From assembly GCA_023254435.1 (NCBI GenBank), contig JALRLM010000116.1, forward strand, positions 1 to 52,543: DNA of 52,543 bases. The letters are read 5' to 3'. The notes beneath the pieces were generated by a model. It ran no database searches. It worked only from the letters and a program-made list of their open reading frames with translations, and was not told where the DNA came from. Position numbers and translations under genes: made by a program. Below are positions 9,751 to 18,750 of this stretch, in pieces (position 1 is the stretch's first letter; each line of letters begins with the position of its first letter). The stretch is from Hydrocarboniphaga sp. Lineage in GTDB: Bacteria; Pseudomonadota; Gammaproteobacteria; Nevskiales; Nevskiaceae.

Positions 9751-10935
9751 TCACGCGCCGATTCTTTCGATGAGCGTCGCGGTGCCGAGCCCGCCCGCGC
9801 AGCAGATCGCCTGCACGCCGTAGCGCGACCCGCGCCGCTCCATCTCGTTGAGCAGCGTGGTCATGATGCGCGCGCCGCTGGCGCCCAGTGGATGGCCCAG
9901 CGCGATGGCGCCACCGTTGACGTTGAGTCGCTCGTGGCTCACGCCGAGCTCACGCATCCACACCAGCGGCACCGGCGCGAAGGCTTCGTTGACCTCGAAC
10001 AGATCGATGTCGCCCAGCGACAGGCCAGCGCGATCGATCACCCGGCGCGTGGCCGCGATCGGGCCCGTGAGCATCAGCACCGGATCGGAGCCCACCGTGG
10101 TGACGGCGCGGATGCGCGCACGCGGCTTGAGGCCCAGCGCCCTGGCTTTCTCGGCGCTCATGAGCAGCAGCGCGGCGGCGCCATCGCTGATCTGCGAGGC
10201 GTTGCCGGCGGTGACGCGGCCGCCGTCGGGACGAAAGCTGGTCTTGAGCGTGCCCAGCTTCTCGAAGCTGGTTTCGCGGCGAATGGTTTCGTCGCGGTCG
10301 AGGCTGGGCCTGGGCGGCTCGGCGTTCTTCTCGGCCCAGGCGTCGAGCCTGACCGGCACGATCTCGCCGGAGAAATGGCCGGCGTCGTCGGCGCGCGCGG
10401 CGCGCTGATGGCTTTCGATGGCGTAGCGGTCCAGGTCTTCGCGCGACAGGTTCCAGCGATCGCAGAGGCGCTCGGCCGCTTCGCCCTGCGAAGTCAGGTC
10501 GTAGCGCTCCTTGAGGCGCCAGCCGAACACTTCGCCGTGCACGTCGCGATTGCCGCCCATGGGCACGCGGCTCATGTTCTCGGCACCGCCGGCGACCACC
10601 ACGTCGCAGGCGCCCGAGGCGATCTCGCCGACGGCGACGTGGATGGCGGCTTCCGACGAGCCGCACTTGCGGTCCACGGTCATGCCCGGAATCGATTCGG
10701 GCCAGCCCGCTGACAGCAGCGCGGTGCGCGCGATGTTGCCGCTCTGTTCGCCCACCTGGGTGACGCAGCCGAACACCACGTCGTCGATGACGCCGGCGTC
10801 GATGCGCGCGCGCGACACCAACTCGCCGAGCACGAGCGCGCCGAGATGATCGGCGCGTGCGTCCTTGAGCCCACCGCGAAACTTGCCGATCGGCGTGCGC
10901 ACGGCTTCGACGATGACGACCTCGTTGCCGGTCAT
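9751..10935 (-). CDS. Acetyl-CoA C-acyltransferase (thiolase)
   Basis: Start MTGNEVVIVEAVRTP; RKCGSS, NEAF, GHPLGASG and CCAGG catalytic motifs intact. Confidence 0.93.
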   Translation of the reverse strand: MTGNEVVIVEAVRTPIGKFRGGLKDARADHLGALVLGELVSRARIDAGVIDDVVFGCVTQVGEQSGNIARTALLSAGWPESIPGMTVDRKCGSSEAAIHVAVGEIASGACDVVVAGGAENMSRVPMGGNRDVHGEVFGWRLKERYDLTSQGEAAERLCDRWNLSREDLDRYAIESHQRAARADDAGHFSGEIVPVRLDAWAEKNAEPPRPSLDRDETIRRETSFEKLGTLKTSFRPDGGRVTAGNASQISDGAAALLLMSAEKARALGLKPRARIRAVTTVGSDPVLMLTGPIAATRRVIDRAGLSLGDIDLFEVNEAFAPVPLVWMRELGVSHERLNVNGGAIALGHPLGASGARIMTTLLNEMERRGSRYGVQAICCAGGLGTATLIERIGA

Positions 10936-11825
10936 GCGTGCACCTTGAGTCCGGAGCCCGCGATCTTCTGGCCGTCGGCCGCGTATTCGTAGACGCCGCG
11001 GCCGACCTTGCGGCCGTGGCGACCGGACTTGACCATCTTGATGATCAGCGGGCAGGGGCGGAATTTTTCGCCCAGGGTCGTGTGCAGGTATTGCAGCACC
11101 TTGAGGCGCGTGTCCCAGCCGGTGAGATCGCCGAGTTCGAGCGGGCCCATGGGATGGTTGAAGGCCATGCGCAGCGAAGTGTCGATGTCCTCGGCGCTGG
11201 CCACACCTTCCGACAGCATGTACATGGCCTCGTTGCCGGCCAGAGCCGACATGCGGCTGGTGGTGAAGCCCGGCGCCTCGTTGACGAGGATGCTGGTCTT
11301 GCCGATTTCGCTGGCCCAGGCGCGCGACTGCTCGACCGTCGCGGCGCTGGTGTCGACGCCGCGAATCAGTTCCACCAGCTTCATCTTGTGCACGGGATTG
11401 AAGAAGTGCATGCCGATCACCTGCGGCGCGCGGCGCGTGGCGGCGGCCAGTTCGCTGATCGATAGCGCCGAGGTGTTGGTGCCGATCACCGCATGCGCGG
11501 GCAGCAGGTCGTCGGCCTGCGACAGGATGGCCTGCTTGATCTCGAGCTTCTCGGTGGCGGTCTCGATCAGCAGGCCGGCTTCGGCGAGGCGGCCGTCGAG
11601 CGCGCTGGCGAGCGACAGGCTGTCGAGCGCGGCGCGGCCCTTGGCCTCGTCGAGCTTGCCGAGCCTGACGCCGTCGCCGACGATCTTGGCAATCTGCGCC
11701 TGTGCTTTTTCGGCGGCGGCCATGTCGCTGTCGACCAGCACGACGCGATGGCCGCTGATGGCGAAGGCGTGCGCGATGCCGGTGCCCATGAGGCCGGCGC
11801 CGACGACGATGGTGGTTTGACTCAT
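10932..11825 (-). CDS. 3-hydroxyacyl-CoA dehydrogenase
   Basis: Start MSQTTIVVGAGLMG; NTSALS, GMHFFNP and PMGPL motifs. Confidence 0.93.
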   Translation of the reverse strand: MSQTTIVVGAGLMGTGIAHAFAISGHRVVLVDSDMAAAEKAQAQIAKIVGDGVRLGKLDEAKGRAALDSLSLASALDGRLAEAGLLIETATEKLEIKQAILSQADDLLPAHAVIGTNTSALSISELAAATRRAPQVIGMHFFNPVHKMKLVELIRGVDTSAATVEQSRAWASEIGKTSILVNEAPGFTTSRMSALAGNEAMYMLSEGVASAEDIDTSLRMAFNHPMGPLELGDLTGWDTRLKVLQYLHTTLGEKFRPCPLIIKMVKSGRHGRKVGRGVYEYAADGQKIAGSGLKVHA

Positions 11826-11898
11826 GGTCGGGTTCCTCGATTCGATGTGGTGTCGGGCGCACCGCGCCGGCGCTGGTCGAGCGCCGGACACGGCGGGA

Positions 11899-12717
11899 TC
11901 ACTGCCCGGTGAAATTCGGTGGACGCTTTTCGCGGAACGCGCTGGCGGCCTCGGTGCGGTCGGCGGTCGACATCAGCAGCGCGAACAGGCTCTTTTCGAG
12001 CCGCAGTCCGTTGGCCATGTCCATGTCCATGCCGCTGCGAGCGGCCTCCTTGACGTAGGCGATGGCGGTGGGCGGGCGGCTGGCGATCAGCTCGGCCACG
12101 CGCAGCGCTTCGGTCAGTGCGTCGTCGGCGGTGTCGACCAGGCGCGTCACCAGTCCCAGGCGATGCGCGCGTTCGGCATCGACGCGATCGCCCGTCAGCA
12201 GCAGGTCCAGCGCCGGGCCCAGGCCGATCAGGCGCGGCAGGCGCTGCGTGCCGCCACCGCCCGGTATCAGGCCCAGCGCGACTTCGGGCAGGCCGAAGCG
12301 CGCGTTGCGCGCGGCGACGCGGATGTCGCAGGCCAGCGCCAGCTCGGTGCCGCCGCCCAGGCAGATGCCGTGGATGGCCGCGATCACGGGCTTGGCGACG
12401 CCGTCGAGCGCTTCGATCCAGGTGGCCGGCATCAGGCGCTTGCGTTCGGCGACCGGCGCGCCGACGCTGCGGCGCTCCTTGATGTCGGCGCCCGCGCAGA
12501 AGCCGCGCTCGCCGGCGCCGGTCAGCACGATGGCGCTGATCGCCGCGTCGGCGTCGAGCTCGCGCAGGATCTGCGGCAGGCCCTTGCGGATGGCGTCGTT
12601 GAAGGCGTTGATGACTTCGGGGCGGTTCAGCGTGACCACCGCGACCTTGCCACGCGTCTCGACCAGGATCGCCTGCTCGGCGACGTCGAGGGCCACCGTG
12701 TCGACGGGTTCGCTCAT
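11899..12717 (-). CDS. Enoyl-CoA hydratase/isomerase (crotonase)
   Basis: Start MSEPVDT; FCAGAD, GGGTE and LPEVALG (both catalytic Glu present). Confidence 0.92.
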   Translation of the reverse strand: MSEPVDTVALDVAEQAILVETRGKVAVVTLNRPEVINAFNDAIRKGLPQILRELDADAAISAIVLTGAGERGFCAGADIKERRSVGAPVAERKRLMPATWIEALDGVAKPVIAAIHGICLGGGTELALACDIRVAARNARFGLPEVALGLIPGGGGTQRLPRLIGLGPALDLLLTGDRVDAERAHRLGLVTRLVDTADDALTEALRVAELIASRPPTAIAYVKEAARSGMDMDMANGLRLEKSLFALLMSTADRTEAASAFREKRPPNFTGQ

Positions 12718-14402
12718 CACGCCGCTCCCTTGCGATCGCCCTTGCCCTGCTCGCTGCGCAGCTTCACGCCTGCGCTCATGCGATCCCAGGTGGTGGCGGT
12801 GATGCCGCGTTCGCGCAGCTCTTTCTTCTTGACCTTCTCGGTCGCGGTCTGCGGCAGCTTGTCCATGATCTCGAGGTAGCGCGGCACCATGAACGAAGGC
12901 AGGCGCTCGTCGCTCCAGGCCACCAGTTCCTCGTAGGAAGGCACGGGCTGGTCGGGCTTGAGGATGAGGCAGGCCATCACCTCGTCCTCGCCGGCGTCGT
13001 GGTCGGCGCGCACGCCGATCACCGCGCAGTCGGCCACCGAGGGATGCGAGCGCACGCCTGATTCCACTTCGAACGAGGAGATGTTTTCGCCGCGACGACG
13101 CAGCGCGTCTTTCACGCGATCGACGAAGTAGTACCAGCCGTCGGCGTCGCGACGCAGCGAATCGCCGGTGTGGAACCACAGGTTGCGCCAGGTCTCGACG
13201 GTCTTCTCGGGCATGCCGAGGTATTCGCTGCAGATGATGCCGGGCACCTTATGGCGCACCAGCAGTTCGCCGGTTTCGCCTTCGGCGACGGGTTCGTCGG
13301 TCTCCGGGTCGGCGAGGCGGATCTCGAACCACTGATCGACCAGCACGCCCGAAGCGCCGGCCGGGCGCGGTGCGCCGGGCGGCGTCATGAAGACGTTGGA
13401 GATTTCGGTCTGGCCGAAGCCGTCGACGTATTCGTGCACGCCGAAGCGCTCGGTGAACCTGGCGCCCAGGTCGGGCGACAGCGGCGCGGCGTAGATGCGG
13501 CGCACCTTGTGGGCGCGATCGTCGGGCGAGGCGGGCTGCGCGAGGATGAAGGCCATGGTCGCGCCGAGCAGGTTGGTCACCGTGGCGCCCGAGCGACGCG
13601 CGCGGCCGGCCCAGTCCGAGGCCGAGAAGCGCGGGTAGAGCACCACGTGCGCGCCCGCGATCAGGCAGGGATACACGGTCAGGAACTGGCAGTTGCCGTG
13701 AAACAGCGGGAAGCCCGTCATGTAGACGTCGTCCTGCGTCAGGCGCGTCAGCTGCACGTCCTCTTCGGCGAAGAAGTAGAACTGCGAATGCGGCATCAGC
13801 ACGCCCTTGGACGCGCCCGTGGTGCCCGAGGTCATCAGCACGGCGGCCGCGTCCTGCGGGCGCACGGCGATGCCGGGATTGCGGGTCGTCTCCGTATACA
13901 GCGAGTCGAAGCGCTGGATCTGGATGCGCTTGAATGCGGGCAGCGGCGCCGTGGCGCCCGGCACGTCGACGATGTAGAGACGTTCGACGCTCGGAATCTC
14001 GTCCTCGATCTCGACCAGTCGCTGCGCGAGTTCGGCCGTGCTGATCAGCAGGCGCGAGCGCGCCAGCTTGATCGGATGCGCCAGGAACAAGCCTTTGTAG
14101 GCGTCGCTGATGCAGACCTCGACGGCGCCGAGCTTGCACAGCGCGAACCAGCTGTAGACGAACTCCAGGCAGTTCGGCAGCAGCATGCCCACCTTCTCGC
14201 CCTTGCCGACGCCGGCGGCGGCGAAGCCGTGGGCGAGGCGATTGGCGGTGGTATTGACCTCGGCAAAGCTGTGCGACTTGCCGCCGTCCATCCACGACAG
14301 GAACGGCCGGTCGGCGCGGTGCGTGGCCTGGTATTCGAGCACCGCGGGCAGGGTCCACTGCTCACGCGGGAAGTGCGGCGTGAAATGGGGAAACGTCAGC
14401 AT
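12717..14402 (-). CDS. AMP-dependent acyl-CoA ligase (CaiC-like)
   Basis: TSGTTGASKG, FGQTE, FHTGD and RRRGENISSFEVE motifs. Confidence 0.9.
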   Translation of the reverse strand: MLTFPHFTPHFPREQWTLPAVLEYQATHRADRPFLSWMDGGKSHSFAEVNTTANRLAHGFAAAGVGKGEKVGMLLPNCLEFVYSWFALCKLGAVEVCISDAYKGLFLAHPIKLARSRLLISTAELAQRLVEIEDEIPSVERLYIVDVPGATAPLPAFKRIQIQRFDSLYTETTRNPGIAVRPQDAAAVLMTSGTTGASKGVLMPHSQFYFFAEEDVQLTRLTQDDVYMTGFPLFHGNCQFLTVYPCLIAGAHVVLYPRFSASDWAGRARRSGATVTNLLGATMAFILAQPASPDDRAHKVRRIYAAPLSPDLGARFTERFGVHEYVDGFGQTEISNVFMTPPGAPRPAGASGVLVDQWFEIRLADPETDEPVAEGETGELLVRHKVPGIICSEYLGMPEKTVETWRNLWFHTGDSLRRDADGWYYFVDRVKDALRRRGENISSFEVESGVRSHPSVADCAVIGVRADHDAGEDEVMACLILKPDQPVPSYEELVAWSDERLPSFMVPRYLEIMDKLPQTATEKVKKKELRERGITATTWDRMSAGVKLRSEQGKGDRKGAA

Positions 14403-14499
14403 GGGCGCACCTTTTCATCCTCCATCGTTCTGGTTCGACAGTAGCGCTCTGCGGCGCTCCGGCGGATGGCGGCGAAAGCCTCCGACCGGCTGTCATGTC

Positions 14500-14517
14500 G
14501 ATATGAGTATACATATC
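14500..14517. promoter_or_regulatory. Candidate GntR-family operator in the divergent promoter (GATATG-N6-CATATC containing GTATAC)
   Basis: Inverted repeat in an AT-rich intergenic region between divergent CoA ligases; core recurs at 25374, 25417, 30839 and 31057. Confidence 0.55.
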
Positions 14518-14775
14518 AAGTTTTGAAAATATACAGTAGAGTCGAAATAGACGTGCAAAGAGCGGAGCCCCGATCGCGATGGCTTCGGACTCTGCCTGTG
14601 TCGGGGAGTGCGGCCCGGTGCCACGGGGCCGGATGGCGCCTCGATGGTGTCGATCACCGCCTTCTGAAAATATGTATGTTGAGGCGGCATTAAAAAAATA
14701 ACGGAAGGAGGAGAAGATGCACTTTCCGCATCCGGTGTCTGCAATCCGGACCCCACTCGCCGGGGCGCAGTAGCC

Positions 14776-16329
14776 ATGAACCAGGGACTGATCCCGGCCA
14801 AGTGGGCGGCGCTGACGCCACGCAGGACAGCCATCGTCGACATTCCCAATCGCCGCCGCATCGACTGGCGCGAACTGGATTCGCGCGTGCGCCGGCTCGC
14901 CAACGGCCTGCTCGATCTCGGCGTGCGCCGCGGCGATCGCGTGGCGATGCTGAGCCGCAACAGCATCGAGTATCAGGAGCTGTTCTTCGCCGTCGGCCGC
15001 GCCGGCGCCGTGCTGCAACCGCTCAACTGGCGCTTGTCGACGCCGGCCATCGCCGCGCTCGTGGCCGATGCGCGGCCGCGCGTGGTGATCGTTTCGCCCG
15101 AGTACCGCGAGGTGATGGCCGAATTGCAGAAACTCGTCGATCTGCCGCACTGGCTGCAATACGGCGAGGGCGGCGACGGCAGCTACGAGGCCCTGCTCGC
15201 CGCTTCGAGCGACGAGGAACCGCCGACGACGATGCAGGTGGGCGAGCACGACCCCTTCTTCATCCTCTACACGGGCGGCACCACGGGCGAATCCAAGGGC
15301 GCCGTGCATTCGCACCGCAGTGCGGCCATGGGCATGCTCAACCAGACGGTTGCGGAGCGCATCGTGCCCAGCGACGTCTACATGCTGACGGGGCAGATGT
15401 ACCACATCCCCATCATCCTCTCGATGAACTACATGAAGCACGGCTGCCCGCTCGTGCTCGTGAACTTCGAGGCGCGGCAGGCGCTGGAGGTGATCCAGGA
15501 CGAAAAGGTCTCGGCCTTCCTGGGGATCACGACCATGCTGAACTGGATGATGGCGGTGGAGAACTTCCGCCGCTACGACCTGAGCAGCCTGCGCAACATC
15601 CAGTACGGCGGTGGGCCGATGTCCTCGGGCACCGTGCGCAATGCGCTCGATTCGTTTCCGTGCACGCTGATCCAGGGTTACGGCCAGACCGAGGGCACGA
15701 CGATGTCCTTCCTGTCGCAGGAGGATCATCGGCGCGCGGCGACCGGCATCGACACGCATCGCCTGCAGTCCTGCGGGCGCGAAGGCTTCGTCACCACGAT
15801 TCGCGTCGTCGACGCACAGGGCCGCGAGGTCCCGCGCGACGGCCGCACCACGGGCGAAATCGTCGTGCGCAGCGAAGCCAACATGCTGGGCTACTTCAAT
15901 CGCCCCGACCTCACCGCAAAGACCTTGCGCGACGGCTGGATGTGGACCGGCGACCTGGCGACCTGGGACGAGGACAACTATCTGTTCATCGTCGACCGCG
16001 CCAAGGACATGATCATCTCGGGTGGCGAGAACATCTACAGCGTGCAGGTGGAGGACGCCATCGGCCGGCACCCGGCCGTGCTCGAATGCGCGGTGATCGG
16101 CGTGCCCGACGACGAGTGGGGCGAGTCGGTGAAGGCCATCGTCGTGCTCAAGCCCGGTCACAACGCCAGCGAGCGCGACATCATCGACGCCGCGCGCCAG
16201 CACCTGGCCTCGTACCAGAAGCCCAGGTCGGTGGACTTCGTCGCCGCGCTGCCCAAGGCGCCGACCGGCAAGATCCTCAAGCGCGACCTGCGCGCGCCGT
16301 ACTGGGCTGCCCAGGAGCGGCAGGTATGA
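14776..16329 (+). CDS. Acyl-CoA synthetase (AMP-forming)
   Basis: YTGGTTGESKG, YGQTE, WTGDL and PKAPTGKILK motifs. Confidence 0.92.
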   Translation: MNQGLIPAKWAALTPRRTAIVDIPNRRRIDWRELDSRVRRLANGLLDLGVRRGDRVAMLSRNSIEYQELFFAVGRAGAVLQPLNWRLSTPAIAALVADARPRVVIVSPEYREVMAELQKLVDLPHWLQYGEGGDGSYEALLAASSDEEPPTTMQVGEHDPFFILYTGGTTGESKGAVHSHRSAAMGMLNQTVAERIVPSDVYMLTGQMYHIPIILSMNYMKHGCPLVLVNFEARQALEVIQDEKVSAFLGITTMLNWMMAVENFRRYDLSSLRNIQYGGGPMSSGTVRNALDSFPCTLIQGYGQTEGTTMSFLSQEDHRRAATGIDTHRLQSCGREGFVTTIRVVDAQGREVPRDGRTTGEIVVRSEANMLGYFNRPDLTAKTLRDGWMWTGDLATWDEDNYLFIVDRAKDMIISGGENIYSVQVEDAIGRHPAVLECAVIGVPDDEWGESVKAIVVLKPGHNASERDIIDAARQHLASYQKPRSVDFVAALPKAPTGKILKRDLRAPYWAAQERQV

Positions 16330-16778
16330 GCTTTTCGCTGGAGCAGTTGCAGGCCAGCGTCGGCCGCGCGTTTCCGGGTGGCGAGTACGTGATCGAGCCC
16401 TGGCGCGCCTGGCTCGCGCAGGACGCGATGCTGGCGCCGACGCAGGGCGATTTCGCGCAGGGCGTCGAGGCGCATCCGGTGTTCGTCTACTTCGCCGCCA
16501 TCGGCGCCATGGGCATCGGCTGGGACGAGTTGTTCGCGTGGTTCGGTGCCAGCGCGGCCGACGGTCCGATGTTCGGCGAATGCGCGGTGCACGTCGAACA
16601 TCCGCTGGCGGTCGGCGCGCGCTATCGCGTCGATGGCGCCATCGTCTCGGCCGAGCGCAAGCAGGGTCGCTCGGGCTGCTTCGATCTGGTGGGCTACGCC
16701 TTCACGCTGACCGACGGCGCCGGCCGCATCGCCGCCACCTGCCGCAATTCCATCGTGTTTCCGCGCCGCGATGTCTGA
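16326..16778 (+). CDS. Single-hotdog MaoC-like partner subunit (non-catalytic type)
   Basis: Start MSFSLEQLQ overlapping the ligase stop (ATGA); AHP...GPMFGEC...HPLAVG hotdog pattern; no DxxxxH motif. Confidence 0.7.
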   Translation: MSFSLEQLQASVGRAFPGGEYVIEPWRAWLAQDAMLAPTQGDFAQGVEAHPVFVYFAAIGAMGIGWDELFAWFGASAADGPMFGECAVHVEHPLAVGARYRVDGAIVSAERKQGRSGCFDLVGYAFTLTDGAGRIAATCRNSIVFPRRDV

Positions 16779-16803
16779 GCGCGAAACCCATCAGGAGAAC
16801 CGC

Positions 16804-17232
16804 ATGCCCATCGAAGTCGGTACGCCGATTCCGCCTTTCGAAGTCGCCGCCGTCAGTGCGGAGAAGATGAAAACCATGTCCGCGCTCATGCACGACAGCA
16901 ATCCCATTCACTTCGACGTGCAGTCGGTGCGCGCGCTGGGCATGGGCGATCGCACGATCAACCAGGGGCCGTCGAACATGGCCTACGTCATCAACATGCT
17001 GGCGATCTGGGCCGGCAGCTACGGCCGCGTGCGCGACTTTCGCCTGCGCTTCATCGGCAACGTGTTCGCCGACGACGCGCTGCGTGCCAGCGGCACGGTG
17101 ACCGCGCTGCGCCGCGAAGGCGGGCATCGGCTCGCCGACTGCGAGGTGAGGCTCGATCGCGCCGATGGCGCCAAGGTGCTGCTGGGCAGCGCCACGGTGA
17201 TCGTCGACGACGCGATGGAGGCGGCCGCATGA
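16804..17232 (+). CDS. MaoC-family dehydratase (catalytic subunit)
   Basis: AGGAG RBS before ATG 16804 (alternative start 16771); HDSNPIHFD hydratase motif. Confidence 0.85.
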   Translation: MPIEVGTPIPPFEVAAVSAEKMKTMSALMHDSNPIHFDVQSVRALGMGDRTINQGPSNMAYVINMLAIWAGSYGRVRDFRLRFIGNVFADDALRASGTVTALRREGGHRLADCEVRLDRADGAKVLLGSATVIVDDAMEAAA

Positions 17233-17666
17233 GCGCGGGCGACGTCGTGACGCCGATCCGGCAGGGCCTGGGCTTCCAGCTGTCGTACGGCGACTGCGAC
17301 GCCGTGGGCATCGCCTACTTCGCCATCTTCTATCCGTGGATGGAGCGCAGCTACAGCACCTGGCTCTATGCGCACGGCATTCGGTCGGGCCAGATGAGCG
17401 AGCAGCTCGGCGTCTATACCGTGGGCCTGGAATCGCGCTGCCGCTACGTCGGCATGTGCCGCGTGTTCGACGTGCTGAACACGCAGCTGGTGCTCAGGCA
17501 CCTGGGCACCACGTCGTTCGTCGTCGCCTGCGAGTTCCGTCGCGACGGCGAACTCGTCGCCGTGGGTGAAATCAGTTTCGCCTGCCGCAGCCTCGACCAC
17601 CAGAAAACACCGATGCCGCCGGCCCTGCTCGCGGCCTTGAACAGCTTGCCCCAGGCACGGGACTGA
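17229..17666 (+). CDS. 4HBT-family acyl-CoA thioesterase
   Basis: YGDCDAVGIAY motif; hotdog-sized; ATGA coupling. Confidence 0.85.
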   Translation: MSAGDVVTPIRQGLGFQLSYGDCDAVGIAYFAIFYPWMERSYSTWLYAHGIRSGQMSEQLGVYTVGLESRCRYVGMCRVFDVLNTQLVLRHLGTTSFVVACEFRRDGELVAVGEISFACRSLDHQKTPMPPALLAALNSLPQARD

Positions 17667-17856
17667 GCCGCACCCGGCAGCACGGCGTCGCGGCCACGCC
17701 GCCGCGACGCGATCGATCCGCCAGCGCGGACGGCTTCTCCCACATGAGGAGAAGAACACTAGAAACGACGACGCACTTGCGTGCGAGGAGAACCGATGAA
17801 CCCATCCCAGCCGCCCGGACGGTGTCCGCGCGCCCGCCACGTTCACGGAGGCGGCG

Positions 17857-18744
17857 ATGTTCGATCAATTTGACTCGCGCTTCGTCACGGTCGGCGACGT
17901 GCGGATCCATTGCCGCATCGGCGGCGCGGGCCCGGCCGTGCTGCTGCTGCACGGCTATCCGCAGAATCACGCCATGTGGGCCGGCGTGGCCGAGCGGCTC
18001 GCGTCGCGCTTCACCGTGGTCTGTGCCGATCTGCGCGGCTACGGCGAATCGTCCAAGCCGGCCGACGCCGACGATCATTCCACTTATTCGTTCCGTGCCA
18101 TGGCCGCCGATCAGGTCGGTCTCATGGAGGCACTGGGGCATGCGCGCTTCGGCGTCGCCGGACACGATCGCGGCGCGCGCGTGACGCATCGCATGGCGCT
18201 GGACCGGCCCGATCGCGTGCAGGCCATGGCCGTGCTCGACATCGCGCCGACGCTGTACATGTACGAGCACACCGACCGGCGTTTCGCGAGCACCTACTGG
18301 CTGTGGTTTTTCCTGCCGTTGCCGGCGCCGATGCCGGAGAAGCTCATCGGCGCCGATCCCGATTTCTTCTTCGAAAGTGCGCTGGGGCGCTATGGCGGAA
18401 CCAGCCTCGACGGCTTCGATCGCGAGCAGCTCGAATCGTATCGCCGCAGCTGGCGCGATCCCGCGATGATCGCGGCTTCGTGCGCCGACTATCGCGCCGG
18501 CGCCAGCATCGATCTGGAGCACGATCGCGCCGACCTCGATCGCCGCGTCGACTGTCCGTCGCTGGCGATGTGGGCCGGCGACGGGCTGATGGCGCAGCAC
18601 TTCGACTTCGAGCGCATCTGGGCGCAGCGCTGCACGCAGCTGCAGACCGCCAGCGTGTCCGGCGGCCATTTCTTTCCCGATCACAATCCCGCCGACACCG
18701 CTCGGGTGCTCGGCGATTTCTTTTCGCGCACGCTCGCACGGTAA
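17857..18744 (+). CDS. Haloacetate (fluoroacetate) dehalogenase-like alpha/beta hydrolase
   Basis: LLHGYPQ, GHDRGAR (Asp104/Arg105/Arg108), LDIAPT, DYRAG and GHFFP; GGAGG RBS. Confidence 0.85.
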   Translation: MFDQFDSRFVTVGDVRIHCRIGGAGPAVLLLHGYPQNHAMWAGVAERLASRFTVVCADLRGYGESSKPADADDHSTYSFRAMAADQVGLMEALGHARFGVAGHDRGARVTHRMALDRPDRVQAMAVLDIAPTLYMYEHTDRRFASTYWLWFFLPLPAPMPEKLIGADPDFFFESALGRYGGTSLDGFDREQLESYRRSWRDPAMIAASCADYRAGASIDLEHDRADLDRRVDCPSLAMWAGDGLMAQHFDFERIWAQRCTQLQTASVSGGHFFPDHNPADTARVLGDFFSRTLAR

Positions 18745-18750
18745 ACGACC

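Noticed and set aside
6323-13179. Apparent N-terminal extensions of the thiolase-fold proteins and crotonase (788, 703 and 426 aa)
   Set aside because: Stop-free frames overlapping upstream genes; coupled starts at 7489, 10935 and 12717 fit family sizes
5009-17666. Biosynthetic (PKS/NRPS-like) cluster
   Set aside because: No carrier protein, ketosynthase or condensation domain; uptake porin and beta-oxidation genes favour catabolism
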